This document shows, piece by piece, positions 1 through 11,900 of a stretch of DNA of 64,000 bases. Each line of letters starts with the position of its first letter. The first letter of the stretch is position 1. The position numbers and the translations under genes were made by a program. The notes beneath the pieces were generated by a model, which did no database searches, had not been told where the DNA came from, and saw nothing but the letters and a program-made list of their open reading frames with translations. This DNA comes from Eledone cirrhosa (Eukaryota). The DNA is taken from assembly GCA_964016885.1 (NCBI GenBank), contig OZ024744.1:120590001-120654000 (forward strand), in the 5' to 3' direction.

Positions 1-3000
1 TGATCTCACAATTCAGAGATTCTTTCCTGAGACATTCTAATTCCATGTCCACAGTATTGGTGCTGTGATCTCTCAATTCAGAGATTCTTTCCTGAGACAT
101 TCTAACCACATGTCATAGTATCAGAACTGTGATCTCTCAATTCAGAGATTCTTTCCTAGGATATTCTATCCACATGTCATAGTATCAGAGCTGTGATCTC
201 CCAACTCAGAGATTCTTTCCTGAGACATTCTAACCACATGTCACAGTATTAGAGCTATGACATCTCAATTCAGAGATTCTTTCCTGAGACATTCTAACCA
301 CCTGTCATAGTATCAGAGCTGTGATTTCTCAATTTAGATATTCTTTCCTGAGACATTCTAACCACATGTCATATTATCAGAGCTGTGATCTCTAAAATTT
401 AGAGATTCTTTCTTGAGACATTCTAACCACATGTCATATTATCAGAGCTATGATATCTCAATTCAGAGATTCTTTCCTGAGACATTCTAACCACATGTCA
501 TACTATCAGAGCTGTGATTTCTCAATTTAGATATTCTTTCCTGAGACATTCTAACCACATGTCATATTATCGGAGCTGTGATCTCTCAATTCAGAGATTC
601 TTTCCTGAGACATTCTAACCACATGTCATACTATCGGAGCTGTGATCTCTCAATTCAGAGATTCTTTCCTGAGACATTCTAACCACATGTCATAGTATCA
701 GAGCTGTGATATCTCAATTCAGAGATTCTTTCCTGAGATATTCTAACTACATGTCATAGTATCAGATCTGTGATCTCTCAATTCAAAGATTCTTTCATGA
801 GACATTCTAACTCCATGTCCACAGAATCAGAGCTGTGAACTCTCAATTCAGAGATTCTTTCCTGAGACATTCTAACCACATGTCATAGTATCAGAGCTGT
901 GATCTCTTAATTTAGAGATTCTTTCATGAGATATTCTAACCACATATCATAGTATCAGAGCTGTGATCTCTCAATTCAGAGATTCTTTCCTGAGACATTC
1001 TAACCACATGTCATATTATTAGATCTGTGGTCTCTCAATTCAGAGATTCATTCCTGAGAAATTCTAACCACATGTCTGTAGTATCAGAGCTGTGATCTCT
1101 CAATTCAGAGATTCTTTCCTGTGAGATTCTAACCTCATGTCATAGTATCAGTGCTGTGATCTCTCAATTCAGAGATTCTTTCATGAGATATTCTAACCAC
1201 ATGTCATAGTATCAGAGCTGTGATCTCTCAATTCAGAGATTCTTTCCTGGGATATTCTAACCACATGTCTTAGTATCAGAGCTGGGATATCTCAATTCAG
1301 AGATTCTTTCCTGAGACATTCTAACCACATGTCTGTAGTATCAGAGCTGTGATGTCTCAATTCAGAGATTCTCTCCTGATACATTCTAACCACATGTCAT
1401 AGTATCAAAGCTGTGATCTCTCAATTCAGAGATTCTTTCCTGAGACATTCTAACCACGTCATAGTATTAGAGCTGTGATCTCTCAATTCAGAGATTCTTT
1501 CCTGAGACATTCTAAACACATTTCATAGTATCAGAGCTGTGATCTCTCAATTTAGATATTCTTTCCTGAGATATTCTAAGCACATGTCATACTATTAGAG
1601 CTGTGATATCTCAATTCAGAGATTCTTTCCTGAGATATTCTAACCACATGTCATAGTATCAGAGCTGTGATCTCTCAATTCAGAGATTCTTTCTTGAGAC
1701 ATTCTAACCACATGTCATAGTATCAGTGCTGTGATCTCTCAATTCAGAGATTCTTTCATGAGATATCCTAACCACATGTCATAGTATCAGAGCTGTGATC
1801 TCTCAATTCAGAGATTCTTTCCTGGGATATTCTAACCACATGTCATAGTATCAGAGCTGTGATCTCTCAATTCAGATATTCTTTCCTGAGACATTCTAAC
1901 CACATGTCATAGGATCGGATTTGTGATCTCTCAATTCAGAGATTCTTTACTGAGACATTCTAACCACATGTCATAGTATCAGAGCTGTGATCTCTCAATT
2001 CAGAGATTCTTTCCTGAGACATCCTAATCACATGTCATATTATCAGAGCTGTGATATCTCAATTGAGAGATTCTTTCCTGAGATATTTTAACAACATATC
2101 ATAGTATCAGAGCTGTGATCTCTCAATTCAGAGATTCTGTCCTGATACATTCTAACCACATGTCATAGTATCAGAGCTGTGATCTCTCAATTCAGAGATT
2201 CTTTCCTGAGACATTCTAAACACATTTCATAGAATCAGAGCTGTGATCTCTCAATTTAGATATTCTTTCCTGAGATATTCTAACCACATGTCATAGTATT
2301 AGAGCTGTGATATCTCAATTCAGAGATTCTTTCCTGAGATATTCTAACCACATGTCATAGTATCAGAGCTGTGATCTCTCAATTCAGAGATTCTTTCTTG
2401 AGACATTCTAACTCCATGTCCACAGTATCAGAGCTGTGAACTCTCAATTCAGAGATTCTTTCCTGAGACATTCTAACCACATGACATAGTATCAGATTTG
2501 TGATCTCTCAATTCAGAGATTCTTTCCTGGGATATTCTAACCACATGTCATAGTATCAGAGCTGTGATCTCTCAATTCAGAGATTCTTTCCTGAGACATT
2601 CTAACCACATGACATAGTATCAGATCTGTGATCTCTCAATTCAGAGATTCTTTCCCTGGATATTCTAACCACATGTCATAGTATCAGAGCTGTGATCTCT
2701 CAATTCAGAGATTCTTTCCTGAGACATTCTAACAACATGTCATAGTATCAGAGCTGTGATCTCTTAATTTAGAGATTCTTTCATGAGATATTCTAACCAC
2801 ATGTCATAGTATCAGAGCTGTGATCACACAATTCAGAGATTCTTTCCCGAGACATTGTAACCCCATGTCATAGTATCAGAGCTGTCATCTCTCAATTTAG
2901 AGATTCTTTCATGAGATATTCTAACCACGTGTCATAGTATCAGAGCTGTGTGCTCTCAATTCAGAGATTCTATCCTGAGACATTCTAAGTACATGTCATA

Positions 3001-6000
3001 GTATCAGAGCTGTGATCTCCCAATTCAGAGATTCTTTCCCGAGAAATTCTAACCACATGTCTGTAGTATAAGAGCTGTGATCTCTCAATTCAGAGATTCT
3101 TTCCTGAGGCATTCTGACTCCCTGTCCACAGTATCAGAGCTGTGATCTCTCAATTCAGAGATTTTTTCCTGAGACATTCTAACCACATGTCATAGTATCA
3201 GTACTGTGATCTCTCAATTCAGAGATTCTTTCCTGAGATATTCTAAAAACATGTCATAGTATATGAGCTGTGATCTCTCAATTCAGTGATTCTTTCCTGA
3301 GATATTCTAACCACATGTCATAGCATCAGAGCTGTGATCTCTCAATTCAGATATTCTTTCCTGAGACATTCTAACCACATGACATAGGATCAGATTTGTG
3401 ATCTCTCAATTTAGAGATTCTTTCCTGAGACATTCTAGCCACAAGTCATAGTATCAGAGCTGTGATATCTCAATTGAGAGATTCTTTCCTGAGATATGTT
3501 AACCACATATCATAGTATCAGAGCTGTCATCTCTCAATTCAGAGATTCTTTCCTGAGACGTTCTAACCACATGTCATATTATCAGAGCTATGATCTCTCA
3601 ATTCAGAGATTCTTTCCTGAAACATTCTAACCACATGTATGTAGTATCAGAGCTGTGATCTCTCAATTCAGAGATTCTTTCCTGATACATTCTAACCACA
3701 TGTCATAGTATCAGAACTGTGATCTCTCAATTCAGAGATTCTTTCCTGAGACATTCTAACCACATGTCATAGTATCAGAGCTGTGATCTCTCAATTCAGA
3801 GATTCTTTCCTGAGGAATTCTAACCACATGTCTGTAGTATCAGAGCTGTGATCTCACAATTCAGAGATTCTTTCCTGAGACATTCTAATTCCATGTCCAC
3901 AGTATTGGTGCTGTGATCTCTCAATTCAGAGATTCTTTCCTGAGACATTCTAACCACATGTAATAGTATCAGAGCTGTCATCTCTCAATTCAGAGATTCT
4001 TTCCTAGGATATTCTAACCACATGTCATAGTATCAGAGCTGTGATCTCTCAACTCAGAGATTCTTTCCTGAGACATTCTAACCACATGTCATAGTATTAG
4101 AGCTGTGATCTCTCAATTCAGAGATTCTTTCCTGAGACATTCTTACCACATGTCATATTATCAGAGCTGTGATCTCTAAAATTTAGAGATTCTTTCCTAA
4201 GACATTCTAACCACATGTCATATTATCAGAGCTATGATATCTCAATTCAGAGATTCTTTCATGAGATATTCTAACCACATGTCATAGTATCAGAGCTGTG
4301 ATCTCTCAATTCAGAGATTCTTTCCTGGGATATTCTAACCACATGTCATAGTATCAGAGCTGTGATCTCTCAATTCAGAGATTCTTTCCTGGGATATTCT
4401 AACAACATGTCATAGTATCAGAGCTGGGATCTCTCAATTCAGAGATTCTTTCCTGAGACATTCTAACCACATGTCATATTATCAGAGCTGTGATCTCACA
4501 ATTCAGAGATTCTTTCCTGAGACATTCTAATTCCATGTCCACAGTATTGGTGCTGTGATCTCTCAATTCAGAGATTCTTTCCTGAGACATTCTAACCACA
4601 TGTCATAGTATCAGAACTGTGATCTCTCAATTCAGAGATTCTTTCCTAGGATATTCTATCCACATGTCATAGTATCAGAGCTGTGATCTCCCAACTCAGA
4701 GATTCTTTCCTGAGACATTCTAACCACATGTCACAGTATTAGAGCTATGACATCTCAATTCAGAGATTCTTTCCTGAGACATTCTAACCACCTGTCATAG
4801 TATCAGAGCTGTGATTTCTCAATTTAGATATTCTTTCCTGAGACATTCTAACCACATGTCATATTATCAGAGCTGTGATCTCTAAAATTTAGAGATTCTT
4901 TCTTGAGACATTCTAACCACATGTCATATTATCAGAGCTATGATATCTCAATTCAGAGATTCTTTCCTGAGACATTCTAACCACATGTCATACTATCAGA
5001 GCTGTGATTTCTCAATTTAGATATTCTTTCCTGAGACATTCTAACCACATGTCATATTATCGGAGCTGTGATCTCTCAATTCAGAGATTCTTTCCTGAGA
5101 CATTCTAACCACATGTCATACTATCGGAGCTGTGATCTCTCAATTCAGAGATTCTTTCCTGAGACATTCTAACCACATGTCATAGTATCAGAGCTGTGAT
5201 ATCTCAATTCAGAGATTCTTTCCTGAGATATTCTAACTACATGTCATAGTATCAGATCTGTGATCTCTCAATTCAAAGATTCTTTCATGAGACATTCTAA
5301 CTCCATGTCCACAGAATCAGAGCTGTGAACTCTCAATTCAGAGATTCTTTCCTGAGACATTCTAACCACATGTCATAGTATCAGAGCTGTGATCTCTTAA
5401 TTTAGAGATTCTTTCATGAGATATTCTAACCACATATCATAGTATCAGAGCTGTGATCTCTCAATTCAGAGATTCTTTCCTGAGACATTCTAACCACATG
5501 TCATATTATTAGATCTGTGGTCTCTCAATTCAGAGATTCATTCCTGAGAAATTCTAACCACATGTCTGTAGTATCAGAGCTGTGATCTCTCAATTCAGAG
5601 ATTCTTTCCTGTGAGATTCTAACCTCATGTCATAGTATCAGTGCTGTGATCTCTCAATTCAGAGATTCTTTCATGAGATATTCTAACCACATGTCATAGT
5701 ATCAGAGCTGTGATCTCTCAATTCAGAGATTCTTTCCTGGGATATTCTAACCACATGTCTTAGTATCAGAGCTGGGATATCTCAATTCAGAGATTCTTTC
5801 CTGAGACATTCTAACCACATGTCTGTAGTATCAGAGCTGTGATGTCTCAATTCAGAGATTCTCTCCTGATACATTCTAACCACATGTCATAGTATCAAAG
5901 CTGTGATCTCTCAATTCAGAGATTCTTTCCTGAGACATTCTAACCACGTCATAGTATTAGAGCTGTGATCTCTCAATTCAGAGATTCTTTCCTGAGACAT

Positions 6001-8984
6001 TCTAAACACATTTCATAGTATCAGAGCTGTGATCTCTCAATTTAGATATTCTTTCCTGAGATATTCTAAGCACATGTCATACTATTAGAGCTGTGATATC
6101 TCAATTCAGAGATTCTTTCCTGAGATATTCTAACCACATGTCATAGTATCAGAGCTGTGATCTCTCAATTCAGAGATTCTTTCTTGAGACATTCTAACCA
6201 CATGTCATAGTATCAGTGCTGTGATCTCTCAATTCAGAGATTCTTTCATGAGATATCCTAACCACATGTCATAGTATCAGAGCTGTGATCTCTCAATTCA
6301 GAGATTCTTTCCTGGGATATTCTAACCACATGTCATAGTATCAGAGCTGTGATCTCTCAATTCAGATATTCTTTCCTGAGACATTCTAACCACATGTCAT
6401 AGGATCGGATTTGTGATCTCTCAATTCAGAGATTCTTTACTGAGACATTCTAACCACATGTCATAGTATCAGAGCTGTGATCTCTCAATTCAGAGATTCT
6501 TTCCTGAGACATCCTAATCACATGTCATATTATCAGAGCTGTGATATCTCAATTGAGAGATTCTTTCCTGAGATATTTTAACAACATATCATAGTATCAG
6601 AGCTGTGATCTCTCAATTCAGAGATTCTGTCCTGATACATTCTAACCACATGTCATAGTATCAGAGCTGTGATCTCTCAATTCAGAGATTCTTTCCTGAG
6701 ACATTCTAAACACATTTCATAGAATCAGAGCTGTGATCTCTCAATTTAGATATTCTTTCCTGAGATATTCTAACCACATGTCATAGTATTAGAGCTGTGA
6801 TATCTCAATTCAGAGATTCTTTCCTGAGATATTCTAACCACATGTCATAGTATCAGAGCTGTGATCTCTCAATTCAGAGATTCTTTCTTGAGACATTCTA
6901 ACTCCATGTCCACAGTATCAGAGCTGTGAACTCTCAATTCAGAGATTCTTTCCTGAGACATTCTAACCACATGACATAGTATCAGATTTGTGATCTCTCA
7001 ATTCAGAGATTCTTTCCTGGGATATTCTAACCACATGTCATAGTATCAGAGCTGTGATCTCTCAATTCAGAGATTCTTTCCTGAGACATTCTAACCACAT
7101 GACATAGTATCAGATCTGTGATCTCTCAATTCAGAGATTCTTTCCCTGGATATTCTAACCACATGTCATAGTATCAGAGCTGTGATCTCTCAATTCAGAG
7201 ATTCTTTCCTGAGACATTCTAACAACATGTCATAGTATCAGAGCTGTGATCTCTTAATTTAGAGATTCTTTCATGAGATATTCTAACCACATGTCATAGT
7301 ATCAGAGCTGTGATCACACAATTCAGAGATTCTTTCCCGAGACATTGTAACCCCATGTCATAGTATCAGAGCTGTCATCTCTCAATTTAGAGATTCTTTC
7401 ATGAGATATTCTAACCACGTGTCATAGTATCAGAGCTGTGTGCTCTCAATTCAGAGATTCTATCCTGAGACATTCTAAGTACATGTCATAGTATCAGAGC
7501 TGTGATCTCCCAATTCAGAGATTCTTTCCCGAGAAATTCTAACCACATGTCTGTAGTATAAGAGCTGTGATCTCTCAATTCAGAGATTCTTTCCTGAGGC
7601 ATTCTGACTCCCTGTCCACAGTATCAGAGCTGTGATCTCTCAATTCAGAGATTTTTTCCTGAGACATTCTAACCACATGTCATAGTATCAGTACTGTGAT
7701 CTCTCAATTCAGAGATTCTTTCCTGAGATATTCTAAAAACATGTCATAGTATATGAGCTGTGATCTCTCAATTCAGTGATTCTTTCCTGAGATATTCTAA
7801 CCACATGTCATAGCATCAGAGCTGTGATCTCTCAATTCAGATATTCTTTCCTGAGACATTCTAACCACATGACATAGGATCAGATTTGTGATCTCTCAAT
7901 TTAGAGATTCTTTCCTGAGACATTCTAGCCACAAGTCATAGTATCAGAGCTGTGATATCTCAATTGAGAGATTCTTTCCTGAGATATGTTAACCACATAT
8001 CATAGTATCAGAGCTGTCATCTCTCAATTCAGAGATTCTTTCCTGAGACGTTCTAACCACATGTCATATTATCAGAGCTATGATCTCTCAATTCAGAGAT
8101 TCTTTCCTGAAACATTCTAACCACATGTATGTAGTATCAGAGCTGTGATCTCTCAATTCAGAGATTCTTTCCTGATACATTCTAACCACATGTCATAGTA
8201 TCAGAACTGTGATCTCTCAATTCAGAGATTCTTTCCTGAGACATTCTAACCACATGTCATAGTATCAGAGCTGTGATCTCTCAATTCAGAGATTCTTTCC
8301 TGAGGAATTCTAACCACATGTCTGTAGTATCAGAGCTGTGATCTCACAATTCAGAGATTCTTTCCTGAGACATTCTAATTCCATGTCCACAGTATTGGTG
8401 CTGTGATCTCTCAATTCAGAGATTCTTTCCTGAGACATTCTAACCACATGTAATAGTATCAGAGCTGTCATCTCTCAATTCAGAGATTCTTTCCTAGGAT
8501 ATTCTAACCACATGTCATAGTATCAGAGCTGTGATCTCTCAACTCAGAGATTCTTTCCTGAGACATTCTAACCACATGTCATAGTATTAGAGCTGTGATC
8601 TCTCAATTCAGAGATTCTTTCCTGAGACATTCTTACCACATGTCATATTATCAGAGCTGTGATCTCTAAAATTTAGAGATTCTTTCCTAAGACATTCTAA
8701 CCACATGTCATATTATCAGAGCTATGATATCTCAATTCAGAGATTCTTTCATGAGATATTCTAACCACATGTCATAGTATCAGAGCTGTGATCTCTCAAT
8801 TCAGAGATTCTTTCCTGGGATATTCTAACCACATGTCATAGTATCAGAGCTGTGATCTCTCAATTCAGAGATTCTTTCCTGGGATATTCTAACAACATGT
8901 CATAGTATCAGAGCTGGGATCTCTCAATTCAGAGATTCTTTCCTGAGACATTCTAACCACATGTCATATTATCAGAGCTGTGAT
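1..8984 (+). repeat. Tandem duplication with 4,490-bp period (70 monomers): 1-4490 and 4491-8980
   Basis: Rare variants recur at exactly +4490: TGATCTCACA...CAGTATTGG at 1 and 4491, AGATCTGTGG at 1021 and 5511, CTGTAGTATAAGAG at 3061 and 7551, GAGCTGGGAT at 4421 and 8911. The match breaks at about 8985. Confidence 0.93.
3720..3783 (+). repeat. Representative consensus monomer (64 bp, 25/64 G+C, no CpG)
   Basis: Read directly: TGATCTCTCAATTCAGAGATTCTTTCCTGAGACATTCTAACCACATGTCATAGTATCAGAGCTG. It carries GATC, GATTC, CTGAG, ACATGT and AGCT sites once each, which predicts a 64-bp restriction ladder. Confidence 0.97.
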
Positions 8985-11900
8985 ATCTCAATTGAGAGAT
9001 TCTTTCCTGAGATATTTTAACCACATATCATAGTATCAGAGCTGTGATCTCTCAATTCAGAGATTCTCTCCTGATACATTCTAACCACATGTCATAGTAT
9101 CAGAGCTGTGATCTCTCAATTCAGAGATTCTTTCCTGAGACATTCTAACCACGTCATAGTATTAGAGCTGTGATCTCTCAATTCAGAGATTCTTTCCTGA
9201 GACATTCTAAACACATTTCATAGTATCAGAGCTGTGATCTCTCAATTTAGATATTCTTTCCTGAGATATTCTAAGCACATGTCATACTATTAGAGCTGTG
9301 ATATCTCAATTCAGAGATTCTTTCCTGAGATATTCTAACCACATGTCATATTATCAGAGCTGTGATCTCTCAATTCAGAGATTCTTTCATGAGATATTCT
9401 AACCACATGTCATAGTATGAGAGCTGTGATCTCTCAATTCAGAGATTCTTTCCTGAGACATTCTAACCACATGTCATAGTATTAGAGCTGTGATCTCTCA
9501 ATTCAGAGATTCTTCACTGAGACATTCTAACCACATGTCATAGTATCAGAGCTGTGATCTCTCAATTCAGAGATTCTTTCCTGAGACATCCTAACCACAT
9601 GTCATATTATCAGAGCTGTGATATCTCAATTGAGAGATTCTTTCCTGAGATATTTTAACAACATATCATAGTATCAGAGCTGTGATCTCTCAATTCAGAG
9701 ATTCTGTCCTGATACATTCTAAACACATTTCATAGTATCAGAGCTGTGATCTCTCAATTTAGATATTCTTTCCTGAGATATTCTAACCACATGTCATAGT
9801 ATTAGAGCTGTGAGCTCTCAATTCAGAGATTCTTTCTTGAGACATTCTAACTCCATGTCCACAGTATCAGAGCTGTGAACTCTCAATTCAGAGATTCTTT
9901 CCTGAGACATTCTAACCACATGACATAGTATCAGATTTGTGATCTCTCAATTCAGAGATTCTTTCCTGGGATATTCTAACCACATGACATAGTATCAGAT
10001 CTGTGATCTCTCAATTCAGAGATTCTTTCCCTGGATATTCTAACCACATGTCATAGTATCAGAGCTGTGATCTCTCAATTCAGAGATTCTTTCCTGAGAC
10101 ATTCTAACCACATGTCATAGTATCAGAGCTGTGATCTCTTAATTTAGAGATTCTTTCATGAGATATTCTAACCACATGTCATAGTTTCAGAGCTGTGATC
10201 ACTCAATTCAGAGATTCTTTCCTGAGACATTCTAACCCCATGTCATAGTATAGAGCTGTCATCTCTCAATTTAGAGATTCTTTCATGAGATATTCTAACC
10301 ACATGTCATAGTATCAGAGCTGTGTGCTTTCAATTCAGAGATTCTATTCTGAGACGTTCTAAGTACATGTCATAGTATCAGAGCTGTGATCTCCCAATTC
10401 AGAGATTCTTTCCCGAGAAATTCTAACCACATGTCTGTAGTATAAGAGCTGTGATCTCTCAACTCAGAGATTCTTTTCTGAGACATTCTAACCACATGTC
10501 ATAGTATTAGAGCTGTGATCTCTCAATTCAGAGATTCTTTCCTGAGACATTCTTACCACATGTCATATTATCAGAGCTGTGATCTCTAAAATTTAGAGAT
10601 TCTTTCCTGAGACATTCTAACCACATGTCATATTATCAGAGCTATGATATCTCAATTCAGAGATTCTTTCCTGAGACATTCTAACCACGTCATAGTATTA
10701 GAGCTGTGATCTCTCAATTCAGAGATTCTCTCCTGATACATTCTAACCACATGTCATAGTATCAGAGCTGTGATCTCTCAATTCAGAGATTCTTTCCTGA
10801 GACATTCTAACCACATGTCATATTATCAGAGCTGTGATATCTCAATTGAGAGATTCTTTCCTGAGATATTTGAACCACATATCATAGTATCAGAGCTGTG
10901 ATCTCTCAATTCAGAGATTCTCTCCTGATACATTCTAACCACATGTCATAGTATCAGAGCTGTGATCTCTCAATTCAGAGATTCTTTCCTGAGACATTCT
11001 AACCACGTCATAGTATTAGAGCTGTGATCTCTCAATTCAGAGATTCTTTCCTGAGACATTCTTACCACATGTCATATTATCAGAGCTGTGATCTCTAAAA
11101 TTTAGAGATTCTTTCCTGAGACATTCTAACCACATGTCATATTATCAGAGCTATGATATCTCAATTCAGAGATTCTTTCCTGAGACATTCTAACCACATG
11201 TCATAGTATCAGAGCTGTGATTTCTCAATTTAGATATTCTTTCCTGAGACATTCTAACCACATGTCATAGTATCGGAGCTGTGATCTCTCAATTCAGAGA
11301 TTCTTTCCTGAGACATTCTAACCACATGTCATAGTATCAGAGCTGTGATATCTCAATTCAGAGATTCTTTCCTGAGATATTCTAACCACCTGTCATAGTA
11401 TCAGATCTGTGATCTCTCAATTCAAAGATTCTTTCTTGAGACATTCTAACTCCATGTCCACAGAATCAGAGCTGTGAACTCTCAATTCAGAGATTCTTCC
11501 TGAGACATTCTAACCACATGTCATAGTATCAGAGCTGTGATCTCTTAATTTAGAGATTCTTTCATGAGATATTCTAACCACATGTCATAGTATCAGAGCT
11601 GTGATCTCTCAATTCAGAGATTCTTTCCTGAGACATTCTAACCACATGTCATTTTATTAGAGCTGTGGTCTCTCAATTCAGAGATTCATTCCTGAGAAAT
11701 TCTAACAACATGTCTGTAGTATCAGAGCTGTGATCTCTCAATTCAGAGATTCTTTCCTGAGACATTCTAACCTCATGTCATAGTATCAGTGCTGTGATCT
11801 CTCAATTCAGAGATTCTTTCATGAGATATTCTAACCACATGTCATAGTATCAGAGCTGTGATCTCTCAATTCAGAGATTCTTTCCTGGGATATTCTAACC

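Noticed and set aside
3720-3783. Tandem tRNA, snoRNA or miRNA gene array
   Set aside because: There is no cloverleaf or Pol III A/B box. CTGA occurs, but no consensus RTGATGA C box with a terminal stem. Stems are too short for a pre-miRNA, and there are no spacers between units.
3720-3783. Alpha satellite, HSat2/3, beta satellite or telomeric repeat
   Set aside because: There is no 171-bp period or CENP-B box, no (CATTC)n backbone and no TTAGGG tracts. The monomer is 64 bp and AT-rich rather than the 68-bp, more GC-rich beta unit.
3720-3783. Internal 2x32 or 3x21 sub-repeat origin of the monomer
   Set aside because: TCAGAG and ATTCT each occur twice. However, the best 21-bp alignment I tried gives only about 10/21 identity and the 32-bp halves do not align, which is too weak to claim.
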